Below the pieces are notes generated by a model. It had not been told where the DNA came from. It did no database searches and saw only the letters and a program-made list of their open reading frames with translations. From an uncultured beta proteobacterium (GTDB taxonomy: Bacteria; Pseudomonadota; Gammaproteobacteria; Burkholderiales; SG8-39): a stretch of 64,000 nt of DNA. Both the position numbers and the translations under genes were made by a program. The stretch is taken from contig CAVOUJ010000017.1 in NCBI GenBank assembly GCA_963699535.1, positions 7,209 through 71,208 of the forward strand, written 5' to 3'. Shown piece after piece: positions 9,644 to 19,127 of the stretch (position 1 is the first letter of the stretch; each line of letters starts with the position of its first letter).

Positions 9644-10423
9644 TCAAAGCTGCCGCCAGCCGAATCCTTCTTCCTGGGTGGCGACCGAGATCCACTGCGG
9701 TTCGCAGCCCATCGCTCCCGCGAGCGCGCAGCGCGCCAGTTCAGGCGTGTTGTTGGTCTGCGACAAGTGCGCCGCGATGACGTGCTCGAGCCGGCTGCGG
9801 TCCAGCGCGCCGAGCATCGCCCCCGAAGCCTGGTTGTCCAGGTGCCCGAGGCGACTCGATATGCGTGCCTTGAGCGAGGGCGGATAAGGTCCACCCATCA
9901 GCATGTCCAGATCGTGGTTGCACTCAAGCACCAGCGCATTGCAGCCGGACAGGTTCGATTCGATGTGCCGGGTCGAGCAGCCCGTGTCGGTCAAGACGCC
10001 GAGCCGGCGAGCGCCGTCGCCAAGGACATACTGCACGGGCTCGCGCGCATCGTGCGGCACCGCAAACGGTTGCACCAACAGATCGCCGACTTCGAAGGCG
10101 TGCGAAGTGTCCACAAGATTCAGCACGCAGCCCTGGTCTATGTCGGGATTCGTTTCTCGAAGAGCACTCAGAGTGCCGTGAGTGAGCCAGACCGGAACGC
10201 CGAAGCAGCGAGCCAGGGGGAATACGCCATCACTGTGGTCGCCATGCTCGTGCGTGACGATGATTCCGCACAGGTCGGATGCCTCCAGCCCGGCGCGGGC
10301 GAGGCGCGAAACGGTCTCCTTGAGCCCAAACCCGCAATCGAGCATGACACGGGTTTGGCCCGCTTGAACGATCAGGGCGTTGCCCTCGCTGCCGCTACCG
10401 AGCGAGGCGAAGCGCAGACTCAA
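9644..10423 (-). CDS. MBL-fold metallo-hydrolase
   Basis: Intact 259 aa with the THEHGDH metal motif. It sits downstream of dapA-bamC. Confidence 0.8.
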   Translation of the reverse strand: MSLRFASLGSGSEGNALIVQAGQTRVMLDCGFGLKETVSRLARAGLEASDLCGIIVTHEHGDHSDGVFPLARCFGVPVWLTHGTLSALRETNPDIDQGCVLNLVDTSHAFEVGDLLVQPFAVPHDAREPVQYVLGDGARRLGVLTDTGCSTRHIESNLSGCNALVLECNHDLDMLMGGPYPPSLKARISSRLGHLDNQASGAMLGALDRSRLEHVIAAHLSQTNNTPELARCALAGAMGCEPQWISVATQEEGFGWRQL

Positions 10424-10485
10424 CTCCCAGAGTCGACGAGGGGATGCATCCCCTCATTTTGTGACCGGGCCGGGATACACGTCTT

Positions 10486-11613
10486 CTAGTTCAGTTGCTG
10501 CTGCAGCAGGGAAAGGATCTTGCGCGCGGTTTCCGAAGGATCAGGGCCGCCCTCCTTGTTGAGTACCTGTATCTCGCTCGACTCATTGCGATCCTTCACC
10601 AGGACTCGATACTGCTCCGCCTTCGGATCCGGCGTCGAGCGCCAAAACGCGAGTTTCGAAAAGAAGCCGTCCTTCTGCGCCTCGGCTTCCGGATTGAGGT
10701 ATCGGACGAAGTAATAGCCCTGGGAGCGGTTGCGGTCTTCCACCGTGAACCCGGCGCGGTCGAGCACCAGTCCCACCCTCCTCCATGCGCGGTCGAACGG
10801 CTCGGCGAGCTCGATCGCGCTCGGGCCGCCTTGTCCTCCTACGATCTTTGCGCGCTCTTCCTTCTTGGGCGCGGCAAGCTCGCTCTTGGCCTGGGCCTCG
10901 CCCACGCCGAAGCGCATCATCATGCGGCGCAGGAATTCCGCTTCCAGCCCCGGGTCGGAAGGCCGGGCCTGCCACGCCGTCATATTCGCATCGCGCGGCT
11001 CGTTGACGTAGACCTCGACCAGGCCCCTGTGGCTGACGTAGATCTCGGTCGTGTCGGGTTGAGAGCCGCGATCGAGACGCGTTCGAAACTTGTCGCGTTG
11101 ACCGCTGGAGTACATTCCTTCACCGAGTTTGCCGATCAGACCGCGGAATCCGTCCTCCGGGATCCTGCTCCGGTCCTCGGCCCAGTCGGTTTCCATGATG
11201 CCGACCTCGGGGCGCTCGATCTTGATGAGGAACCCGGCCTCCTGCCAGAACTCCTTCACCTTGGGCCAGACCTTCTCGGGCGGCTCGGGCACGACCAGCC
11301 AGCGCTCGGAACCGGATCGCTCCAGCTTGACCTTGTCCACGATCGGGAGAATCCCGGTAACCCCGGGCTTCGGCGCGCTGGCGCGCTCGGCGCTGTAGGC
11401 GGAAAAGGTCGCCGTCCCGGTCGGGCTGATGTCCGGAATGTCATGGCGCTCGTCGCGCGCCGGCGTCGTCAGCTCCGGAGGAATATCAAGCGGAGGAAGC
11501 TTGGTTGCAGTTTTGTATTCGGCCTTCGTCGAATCGAAAGACGAGACGCTGCTGCATCCTGCCAGCGCCACCACCGCGACCGCGGCGGCTGCGCGGCGGC
11601 CCAACCCAATCAT
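10486..11613 (-). CDS. bamC: Outer membrane protein assembly factor BamC (NlpB) lipoprotein
   Basis: Lipobox VALAGC|SS. The 375-aa protein lies immediately downstream of dapA with a 4-nt overlap, the classic dapA-bamC synteny. Confidence 0.7.
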
Positions 11614-12524
11614 CCGGTCTTTCCCTCGACGACTCGCAAGCCGGCAGAGGGCGTGACCTCCGCCTGGCGCATCGCCTCCCTGACGACCTCATGGTACTGC
11701 TGCGAAAGCGGGGTGAGCGGCAAGCGGATGCCCATTCCGATCAGTCCCATCTGAGCGACCGCCCATTTCACCGGAATCGGGTTGGCTTCCACGAAGAGTT
11801 TCGTATGAAGCCCGAGCAGCTTGAAATTCGAATCGCGCGCCTTGGCCAGGTCTCCGGCGAGGGCTGCCGAGCACATTTCGTGCATCAGGCGCGGGGCCAC
11901 GTTCGCAGTCACGGAAATGATGCCCTTGCCACCGAGCAGCATCAGTGCCAGGCCCGTCGCGTCGTCACCACTGTACACGGCGAAGCCCTTCGGTGCGCGG
12001 CGCAGGAGATCCGACCCGCGCTCGATGTTGGCAGTGGCATCCTTGATGCCGACGATGTTCGGAATCTGCGCAAGGCGCAGCATCGTATCGTTCGCGAGAT
12101 CGGCCACGGTGCGGCCTGGGACGTTGTAGACGATCATCGGAACGTTCACCGTCTCAGCGATCGTGCGGAAATGCCGGTAGAGCCCCTCCTGCGTGGGCTT
12201 GTTGTAGTAAGGCACGACCGAGAGGCAGGCGTCGGCGCCTGCGTTCTTCGCCGACTGCGTGAGCTCGATCGCCTCGCTCGTCGAATTGCCGCCCGTGCCG
12301 GCGATGATCGGAATCCGGCCGCGCGAGTGAGCGACGGCCAGGCGTATCAGCTCCTTGTGCTCGTCGAAGTCAACGGTGGGCGACTCGCCGGTGGTGCCGA
12401 CGACGACGATGCCATCGGTACCCTGCTCGATGTGGAAATCGATGAGCGCCTTGAAGCGCTCGAAGTCAAGCCGCCCGTCGTCCTGCATGGGCGTGACAAT
12501 CGCGACGATAGCTCCGGAGATCAT
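11610..12524 (-). CDS. dapA: 4-hydroxy-tetrahydrodipicolinate synthase
   Basis: [51 protein letters not shown]..., 304 aa, intact. Confidence 0.9.
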
Positions 12525-12581
12525 GGCGTTTCGTCCTTTAAAGTCAACGCGTTATTCTAACGCAATGCCCGTGTCGAAGGC

Positions 12582-13130
12582 TTACACGGTGTTCAGCGGA
12601 ACCGGGTTCGAGTCGCCCCTCACCGCGCAGACCCTCTGGATCACCGCCATCTTGGGCACCGAAATCAATCCCTGTTCGAATGCCACGATGGCCAAAGGTT
12701 CCAGGGCGAGGAGCAGCTCGCCCTGCTTGAGCAGGAAATCGGGATTGGCGGGGCGGCCGTAGTGCTCGTTCCCCTGGGCGAAGGTTTCGTAGATCAGCAC
12801 CCCGCCCGAGCGCAGCGCCTCCACCAGATTCCCGAAAAGGGGCCGGTGCAAGTAGTTCGTCACGACCACGCCGTCGAACCCGTCAGGCGGAAAAGGCCAG
12901 GGCCCCGCCTCGATGTCGGCACAATGGAGCTCGACCCCCGCAACGCCTTTCGACGCTTCCAGCGCCGCCTCGTCGCGGTCGACACCGACCACCGAGAAGC
13001 CCCGGGACTTCAAAAAGCGCAGATGCCGGCCGCGGCCGCAGGCCACGTCGAGAACGCGGCCGCCGGGACGGATCAGCGGGGCCCAGCGACTCACCCAGGC
13101 GGACGGAGAATCGACATCGTGCTCGCGCAT
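12582..13130 (-). CDS. Class I SAM-dependent methyltransferase
   Basis: The SAM motif I is VLDVACGRGRH, and motif II-like is VVGVDRDE. 182 aa. Confidence 0.75.
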   Translation of the reverse strand: MREHDVDSPSAWVSRWAPLIRPGGRVLDVACGRGRHLRFLKSRGFSVVGVDRDEAALEASKGVAGVELHCADIEAGPWPFPPDGFDGVVVTNYLHRPLFGNLVEALRSGGVLIYETFAQGNEHYGRPANPDFLLKQGELLLALEPLAIVAFEQGLISVPKMAVIQRVCAVRGDSNPVPLNTV

Positions 13131-13143
13131 AGTGCTTCGCGCT

Positions 13144-13710
13144 CTAGAACGAAGAACCCGGCTGACTCAGGAATTCGATCTCCTCGGCCGTGGATTCGCG
13201 GCCGAGAACGGCGTTACGATGCGGAAAGCGGCCGAAGCGCGCGATGATCTCGTGGTGGCGCCTGGCGGATTCGAGGTATCCCGAGTCGAGCGTCTCGAAC
13301 AGGGCGAGGGACCGGTGTTGCGCGGCCAGATTCTCCGCGTGCTCGAATGGCAGATAGGCAAAAACGCGCTCGACCGGCAGCAATGGCCGGTCGAACCCCC
13401 GCTCGACCAAGCTTTCCGCCGCCGATAGAGCCGCGGGGTCGCTGGAAAACGCGCGAGCGGTGCCGCGAAACATGTTGCGCGGGAATTGATCGCGCACGAC
13501 GATGAGCGCAAGGCACGCGAGCGGGGTCGCCTGCCAGCGCTCAAGCTCGCCGCTGGCGGCCAGCTGCCAAGTCCCAAGAAAGCGGCTGCGGATTTCCGCA
13601 TCGAAGGGCTCCGACTTCTGGAACCAGACCTTGCGCGGGCTGCCGCGCTCGGGAGAATCCGGCGGGCCGAACCAGAAATCGAGAATGTCGGTGAAGTCCG
13701 GAGCGTTCAA
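13144..13710 (-). CDS. DUF924 family protein
   Basis: ILDFWFG..W.., DQFPRNMFRG and RFGRFPHRN are hallmark DUF924 motifs. 188 aa. Confidence 0.7.
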   Translation of the reverse strand: MNAPDFTDILDFWFGPPDSPERGSPRKVWFQKSEPFDAEIRSRFLGTWQLAASGELERWQATPLACLALIVVRDQFPRNMFRGTARAFSSDPAALSAAESLVERGFDRPLLPVERVFAYLPFEHAENLAAQHRSLALFETLDSGYLESARRHHEIIARFGRFPHRNAVLGRESTAEEIEFLSQPGSSF

Positions 13711-13731
13711 TGAACGCCAGAAAGGAGCGGC

Positions 13732-13863
13732 TTAGCTGCAAAGACGCAGGTTTTCGAAGTCGATCAGCATCGTCGGGTTGACATAGGCGTTCAAGGCAAG
13801 CAACGCGATCGCCGCGAACACCGCTGCGCCAATCGCAATCGCGAGCTTTTCCTTTTGCGTCAT
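13732..13863 (-). CDS. Small (43-aa) predicted single-TM protein, last gene of the Mla/Pqi-like operon
   Basis: It is not in the ORF track (shorter than 60 aa). My translation is MTQKEKLAIAIGAAVFAAIALLALNAYVNPTMLIDFENLRLCS. Its ATG overlaps the stop of the upstream lipoprotein gene (ATGA at 13860-13863). Confidence 0.35.
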   Translation of the reverse strand: MTQKEKLAIAIGAAVFAAIALLALNAYVNPTMLIDFENLRLCS

Positions 13864-14507
13864 GGCGCCATTGTAGCCCCAGGCGTGTCCTTGACATAGC
13901 CCGCCGCCCAGAGGGCGATCTGGTCGATGGCTTCGTCGCTCGCTCCGATCAGGGCGCGCACGCCGCCCTCCGCGTCGGGCGTACTCGCCGGGCGCTCCAG
14001 GCTGAAGGTTTTCTGCGCGACGAGACTGCGGTTGCCCAGGACCGAAGCCCGCAAGTGCAGCACCGCCCTGCTCTCTCCGGGTGCGTCGAACACCTGGGCG
14101 AACTCCTCCAGCTCGACGCGCAGCGCATAGTGGACGCGCGCCGGGTCGCCCGGGAGCACGATGCCCCCGCCGCCCGAAGCGGCGAGCCGTCCGCGCAGGC
14201 GCTGGGTAAAGAGCGCCGCCGGCGACATGACCCAGCGGCTGTCCGCGTAGGCCTGTGGGCGAGCCGCATCCTGGTAGGCCAGCCGGTAGTGGATCAGAGG
14301 CGAATCGAGCCAGGCGGGAGCGCTGACGTCGTATACCAGGAACGCCTGACGCGCGCCTTTCAGCGGGCTCGCCGGCGCGGGACCGAAATCGTACTGTGTA
14401 CGTGCCGGAGCCGGGGGCGGCGCGAAGCTGCAGCCGGCCAAACCCAGGCCGAACGCCATCGCAACGACGCTTGCAGCTGCCTGCTTCACCGTCTCAGCGC
14501 GCCCCAT
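13860..14507 (-). CDS. ABC-type transport auxiliary lipoprotein (PqiC/DUF330-like)
   Basis: An internal Met at 14507 gives MGRAETVKQAAASVVAMAFGLGLAGC|SF (lipobox), then ..PAWLDSPLIHYRL... It sits directly after the MCE gene. The upstream part of track ORF 13860..14696 overlaps the MCE gene off-frame. Confidence 0.65.
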   Translation of the reverse strand: MGRAETVKQAAASVVAMAFGLGLAGCSFAPPPAPARTQYDFGPAPASPLKGARQAFLVYDVSAPAWLDSPLIHYRLAYQDAARPQAYADSRWVMSPAALFTQRLRGRLAASGGGGIVLPGDPARVHYALRVELEEFAQVFDAPGESRAVLHLRASVLGNRSLVAQKTFSLERPASTPDAEGGVRALIGASDEAIDQIALWAAGYVKDTPGATMAP

Positions 14508-15387
14508 CCTTGAATCCGGGTTCCCCTGGGCCGGGCCTTCCGCGCGGGGCGCCAAATACGAAGCTCTGGGGATTTTCATCGAGCGCGCTGAAGACGCGGT
14601 CGAGCGCCCGCGTATCCCGGCTGAGCTGCTCGACGAGCGCATTGAAGCGCGGCACGGTTTCGTCTCCGAACGAGCGGGCGGCGACGCCGACTTCATCGAG
14701 ACTCGCCGCCATCCTGTCGAAGGCCGCGGCGCGCTCCTTGAGGCTTGCCGTCAGGGACTCCACTCCGACCAGCGCGCTTCGCGCATCGCCCACCAGGGCG
14801 GGAATGCCTTGTGTGTCCGACCGCAGGCCTTCGGCAAGCGACGCAGTCTGGAGCGAAGCCTCTCCGATTCCCGCAAGAGCCGTTTTGAGCAGTTTCCGGT
14901 TCTCGTCGTTCAGGACCTCGTTCATGCGGCCGGCGAGCTCGTTGATCGCGGCAACCAGGTCGGGTCCGGAGTCGAAAACCGAGGGACGCAGTTCGATGCG
15001 GGGCGGCTCCTGCCCTTCCGCCTTGAGCGGCTCGCTCGAGGAACCGTCGTCGTTCAAGGATATATACGCAAGGCCGGTCACGCCCTGATAGCCGAGCTGC
15101 GCGTACGTGCTCTTGGTGATGGGCGTACCCTCCTGCACGCCGATGAGAACGTTGATACGGCCCGCGCCGCCCGGCTCGATCTTGATCGACTCGACCCGCC
15201 CTACGTGGACTCCGCGGTAGCTCACCGCCGCCTCGTCTCTCAGCCCGGTCACCGAGCGGGTCGTGCTGACGAGGTAGTGTGTGAGCCGCATATCGTCCTT
15301 GCGGAACCACAACCCCGCTGCGACCAGCGCGGCGCCGAGAACGAGGGCAAACAGCCCCGCGGCGAGTGCATGGGCTTTATTCTCCAT
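14494..15387 (-). CDS. MlaD-family MCE-domain protein
   Basis: An N-terminal TM helix (ALAAGLFALVLGAALVAAGLWF) is followed by an MCE core ..VTGLRDEAAVSYRGVHVGRVESIKIEP... 297 aa. Confidence 0.8.
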   Translation of the reverse strand: MENKAHALAAGLFALVLGAALVAAGLWFRKDDMRLTHYLVSTTRSVTGLRDEAAVSYRGVHVGRVESIKIEPGGAGRINVLIGVQEGTPITKSTYAQLGYQGVTGLAYISLNDDGSSSEPLKAEGQEPPRIELRPSVFDSGPDLVAAINELAGRMNEVLNDENRKLLKTALAGIGEASLQTASLAEGLRSDTQGIPALVGDARSALVGVESLTASLKERAAAFDRMAASLDEVGVAARSFGDETVPRFNALVEQLSRDTRALDRVFSALDENPQSFVFGAPRGRPGPGEPGFKDGAR

Positions 15388-15396
15388 GGGTCCTCC

Positions 15397-16182
15397 TCAT
15401 TGTCCGGATAGCGCGGGCACGGCCGAAAGCGCTCGCAGGCCTCGCTCCCCGAGAAAAAAGTGCCGGATGAACGGATGCTCGACTTTCATCACTTCGTCGA
15501 GCGGAGCGCAGACCAGCACCCTCTGGTCGGCCAGCACGGCGACCCGATCCGAAACCGATACCAGCGTATCGAGGTCGTGCGTCGCCATCACGACGGTAAA
15601 GTTGAGCTTGAAATGCAGGTCGCGCACCAGCCTCACGAAGGCCTCGCTGCGATCGGGATCGAGACCTGCGGTGGGCTCGTCCAGGAACAGGAGCTCGGGC
15701 TCGAGTACGAGCGCACGGGCGAGACCGACCCGTTTGACCATCCCTCCGGACAGATCCGAGGGCAACTTCGGGGCGTGCCGGCGTTCGATCCCCACCGTGT
15801 CGAGCTTGAGCATCACCATGTCGCGGACGAAATCCTCGTCGAAAGCGTGCAGCTCGCGCATGGGGAGCGCGACGTTGTCGAAGACGCTGAGCGCGCTGTA
15901 GAGCGCCCCGTGCTGGAACAGCACGCCCCAGCGCTTGCGGATCTTCTTCAGCACCGCCGGCTCCGACCCGTGCAGCGGAACGCCGAACACCCGCACCTCG
16001 CCGCGATGGGGGTATTCCAGTCCCAGCATCTGCCGCAGGAGCGTGGTCTTGCCGCTGCCCGAGCCACCCACGAGCGATACCACTTCCCCCGGGGCAATCG
16101 ACAAGTCGAGATTTCGGTGCACGATGTGGTCTCCGTACACGGTCCAAAGGCCTCTGACCTCCACGACCGAAGCGGCATTCAC
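15397..16182 (-). CDS. ABC transporter ATP-binding protein (MlaF-like)
   Basis: Walker A is GGSGSGKTT, the signature is LSGGMVKRVGLARAL, and Walker B is LLFLDEPT. 261 aa. Confidence 0.85.
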   Translation of the reverse strand: MNAASVVEVRGLWTVYGDHIVHRNLDLSIAPGEVVSLVGGSGSGKTTLLRQMLGLEYPHRGEVRVFGVPLHGSEPAVLKKIRKRWGVLFQHGALYSALSVFDNVALPMRELHAFDEDFVRDMVMLKLDTVGIERRHAPKLPSDLSGGMVKRVGLARALVLEPELLFLDEPTAGLDPDRSEAFVRLVRDLHFKLNFTVVMATHDLDTLVSVSDRVAVLADQRVLVCAPLDEVMKVEHPFIRHFFLGERGLRALSAVPALSGQ

Positions 16183-16185
16183 CCT

Positions 16186-17328
16186 TCAACTCCAGCCCAC
16201 GTCCGAAAAGATGACCGCGAAGATCGCGTCGGCGACGATGACCGCCGTGATCGAAGTCACGACCGAGCGCGTCGTGCCCGCCGCCAGGCTCGCGGTGTTC
16301 GGCTGGACGCGCAGCCCGAAGTGGCAGGCGATGAGCGCGATGAGCACGCCGAACACCACACCCTTGCCGATGCCGAGCCACAGATTCACGTCGGGAACGG
16401 CCGCCGGCAGGCCGGCGAGGAACTGGCCGATGCTCAAGCCGAGCTCGATCTTGGCCGAAACCGCTCCGCCGAGCAGGGCGACCCCCGAAGTCCAGAGTAC
16501 GAGCAGTGGGAGTACCACGGCGAGCGCAGCCACCTTGGGCAGGATCAGGCGCAGGGTGTGCGAAATGCCCATCACCGAAAGCGCGTCGAGCTCCTCGGTC
16601 ACGCGCATCACGCCGAGTTGGGCGGTGATCGCTGAGCCGGAGCGGCCGGCGACGAGGACCGAGCACACCATCGGCCCGAGCTCGCGAATGATGCCGATGC
16701 CGAGGATATTGATGATCAGCGTATCGGCGCCGACCAGACGCAGCTGCTCCGCCGACAGATAGCTCAGCACCACCCCGATCAGAAACCCGACCATGGCCGT
16801 GATGCCCAGCGCCTGCGCTCCGATCGTGTAGATGCCGGCCGAGAACTCGCGCCACGGGCGGAGGGGCGGGTGCTTGAGGACCGCCAGGGCGTCGATCAGC
16901 AACTGCCCGAACAGGCGAATGATCGCGAGGGTGTGCTCCACCACGGTGAGGGCGAGCGATCCGACCACGAGCACCGGACCGAGCCAGCCCGCACTGCGGT
17001 CCCGGTGCGCCGTTTCCCCGGGCACGTCCAGGTCGGTGAAGAAGAGCTCGTGTTCTCTGCGAACCTGTAGGGCCGCCGGCCGGCGCTTGCCCCAGGCGCG
17101 CCACAGAAGCAGCGCGCCGATGTGGTCGAGGCGCTCGACCTGAGACAGATTCCAGCTCGCATCGCCTCCGCGCGCCGCGTCCTCCAGGGTTGTCTGAAGC
17201 GTGCGCGCCCGCGATTCCAGCGCGCGAATATCCCAGGCTCCGGAAAGCTCGATGGCGCGTGCGCCCTCCCCGGTGACGGTGGCATGGACGCCCGGATCGC
17301 GAACTGGCTTGAATGCGGAATGCTGCAT
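16186..17328 (-). CDS. MlaE-family ABC permease with N-terminal STAS-like extension
   Basis: The C-terminal roughly 255 aa are a typical MlaE permease (..ELGPMVCSVLVAGRSGSAITAQLGVMRVTEELDAL..). The N-terminal roughly 125 aa (..ATVTGEGARAIELSGAWDIRAL...LSQVERLDHIGALLLW) look like a fused STAS/MlaB-like domain. The start is taken at the second Met (17328). Confidence 0.8.
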   Translation of the reverse strand: MQHSAFKPVRDPGVHATVTGEGARAIELSGAWDIRALESRARTLQTTLEDAARGGDASWNLSQVERLDHIGALLLWRAWGKRRPAALQVRREHELFFTDLDVPGETAHRDRSAGWLGPVLVVGSLALTVVEHTLAIIRLFGQLLIDALAVLKHPPLRPWREFSAGIYTIGAQALGITAMVGFLIGVVLSYLSAEQLRLVGADTLIINILGIGIIRELGPMVCSVLVAGRSGSAITAQLGVMRVTEELDALSVMGISHTLRLILPKVAALAVVLPLLVLWTSGVALLGGAVSAKIELGLSIGQFLAGLPAAVPDVNLWLGIGKGVVFGVLIALIACHFGLRVQPNTASLAAGTTRSVVTSITAVIVADAIFAVIFSDVGWS

Positions 17329-17413
17329 GCGCCAACCGATTCGCGGCAAGCTAGCAGCAATGCAGCCCGGACGCAACGCCATGAGGGACTCGCGTTCGCG
17401 TACAATCGACCCG

Positions 17414-17490
17414 CGCCCCGGTAGCTCAGTGGATAGAGCAGCCCCCTCCTAAGGGGCAGGTCGGACGTTCGATTCGTCTCTGGGGCGCCA
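17414..17490 (+). tRNA. tRNA-Arg (anticodon CCT)
   Basis: Hand-folded cloverleaf:
- acceptor GCCCCGG/CTGGGGC (one G-U pair)
- D arm GCTC-AGTGGATA-GAGC
- anticodon arm GCCCC-CTCCTAA-GGGGC
- variable loop AGGTC
- T arm GGACG-TTCGATT-CGTCT
- discriminator G and an encoded CCA

The length is 77 nt. Confidence 0.85.
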
Positions 17491-17675
17491 TCCCTTTTGA
17501 ATAACTTAAGTGCAGCGTAAGTGCAAGTGCCCTACCTGGGGGTGCGTGCGCGATCCTCGAGAAACGCCCAGATCGACCCAGAATCGACGCGCTGAGCGCT
17601 GCTGCATCTGAGAGCAGATCGAGGGGGAGAGAAGCGCTGCAAGCAGGCTGGGCGGGAATTTGCCGTGCGGGCCGC

Positions 17676-18113
17676 TCAGTTGCGTCGGGTCATGCGACTG
17701 GTGGCATTGATAAAGTCAGTCGCCTGTTTCTGGCCGTAAAAGAACACCCAACGCCGGACAGTTCCTTCCCGGTTTGAAAGACTTACCTGCCATCGACCCT
17801 TGTTCTGAACGAGCTGTGGGTCTGTTAAGTTTGAAAAATAATACGTCTCGCGTTTGTCGACACTCGCTAGAGCACCCGTCATAAAGGTCGATCTGACTGT
17901 CGAGAATCCTAGCCGAATAGCATCGTCTCCGATGTCCACACTTACCGGGCGAAACTTCTCCGGTTGCTCTTCAAAAGCCCGTTTAAGGGTCAAACGAGCT
18001 TCCTCGCGAGTCAAGTTCGCGGTGGGCTCATATGGAATGACCGTAGAGCAGGCGCTCATCGATAACGCCTGCAGCAGCAGAAACGACCGAAGGCCAGCCA
18101 GGCTCCTGTCCAT
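17676..18113 (-). CDS. Hypothetical lipoprotein (145 aa)
   Basis: The signal and lipobox are LLLQALSMSAC|ST. I recognise no family. Low-GC codon usage. Confidence 0.5.
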   Translation of the reverse strand: MDRSLAGLRSFLLLQALSMSACSTVIPYEPTANLTREEARLTLKRAFEEQPEKFRPVSVDIGDDAIRLGFSTVRSTFMTGALASVDKRETYYFSNLTDPQLVQNKGRWQVSLSNREGTVRRWVFFYGQKQATDFINATSRMTRRN

Positions 18114-18257
18114 GGGGTGATCTCCAAACTGACACTACATTATCGGCCCGGATTCCAAAGTCGATGCCGCCGTGGGCGTGGCGGCAAGCGAAGGGGCGCG
18201 GAAAGGTTCAGTAGCAGAGGTTCGGGCGCAGCCACGCCGGATGCGGATCGGTTCCTT

Positions 18258-18938
18258 TTAGAGCAACGCAAGGCGAAACTCGTCGATGGTATGGTCATTC
18301 TCGAGGCGAAGCGGCTCCTGCTTTTTCACACCCTCCGACTGAATAAGAATGTCGACAAGGTAGCGTCCCGGAGGCAAAGTGAAGCCTGGATGGCGATTAC
18401 CACCATGCCGATAACTCTCATTGGTCCACCCGAAGGCGCTGGTCTCCTCAGGGTACCTTACTGCGACATCGAGAACTTCTGCTTCTCCAGCCGGTATGTG
18501 GACCCGAGAGTCTGCGTTGAGTCGGGCGATATCGTGAAATTCAATCGTTTCCCCGCTTGAGCGGATAACGCCTAGAGGAGGAACCGGCTGGACAGAGGTA
18601 GCCCATCGCCCCGGCATTGGGCGGTTGATGAAAGGTGTTTTGTCTTCGCGGAGAAAACGGAGCGTTGCCCGGCAGTCGCGTGCTGACTGTCTCTGCATCC
18701 AACGAAAGGCGAATGGCAGAGAGTCGTTGGAGACGCGCACCTTGAGCGCAATCAAGGTCCCCATAATCTTGTCGTCGCCGTACAGGAGGACGTGGACCTT
18801 CTCGGGTGGAAGAATGCTGATGCTCAATCGCGGTTTCCGCATCCACTCAACGAGCATCGCAACAATCAACGAGCTGAAGACCCCAAACAATACTGCGGTC
18901 AGAATAGATATCAGGCTCATTAGTGTTGCGGAGCTCAT
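18258..18938 (-). CDS. Hypothetical N-terminally membrane-anchored protein (226 aa)
   Basis: One N-terminal TM helix (LMSLISILTAVLFGVFSSLIVAMLVEW) is followed by a beta-rich soluble domain. I recognise no family. Confidence 0.5.
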   Translation of the reverse strand: MSSATLMSLISILTAVLFGVFSSLIVAMLVEWMRKPRLSISILPPEKVHVLLYGDDKIMGTLIALKVRVSNDSLPFAFRWMQRQSARDCRATLRFLREDKTPFINRPMPGRWATSVQPVPPLGVIRSSGETIEFHDIARLNADSRVHIPAGEAEVLDVAVRYPEETSAFGWTNESYRHGGNRHPGFTLPPGRYLVDILIQSEGVKKQEPLRLENDHTIDEFRLALL

Positions 18939-19127
18939 TTCCCCGAAAGTCTACGCCGGGATGCCGAATCGGGGTAGCAGGTGTCGCTTCGGGTTTACCT
19001 GACGCGCGATGTAGGGGTTGCCTGACTACAGGGGGGAGTGGCGCACGCTGGGCAAAGCGGATTCCGTAGGAGTAATCTTGCAGGGTCCACAAATATTTGC
19101 GCTGGGCACTTCGAGGGGGGATCTTTG

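Noticed and set aside
10495-11754. 419-aa + strand ORF antisense to bamC/dapA
   Set aside because: Its Arg/Ala/Gly/Leu-rich composition is typical of off-strand translation in high-GC DNA. The opposite strand encodes clear BamC and DapA proteins.
15377-17335. 652-aa minus-strand ORF spanning the mlaF- and mlaE-like genes out of frame
   Set aside because: The alternative frames give canonical ABC ATPase and permease sequences. This frame is Arg/Gly/Pro-rich.
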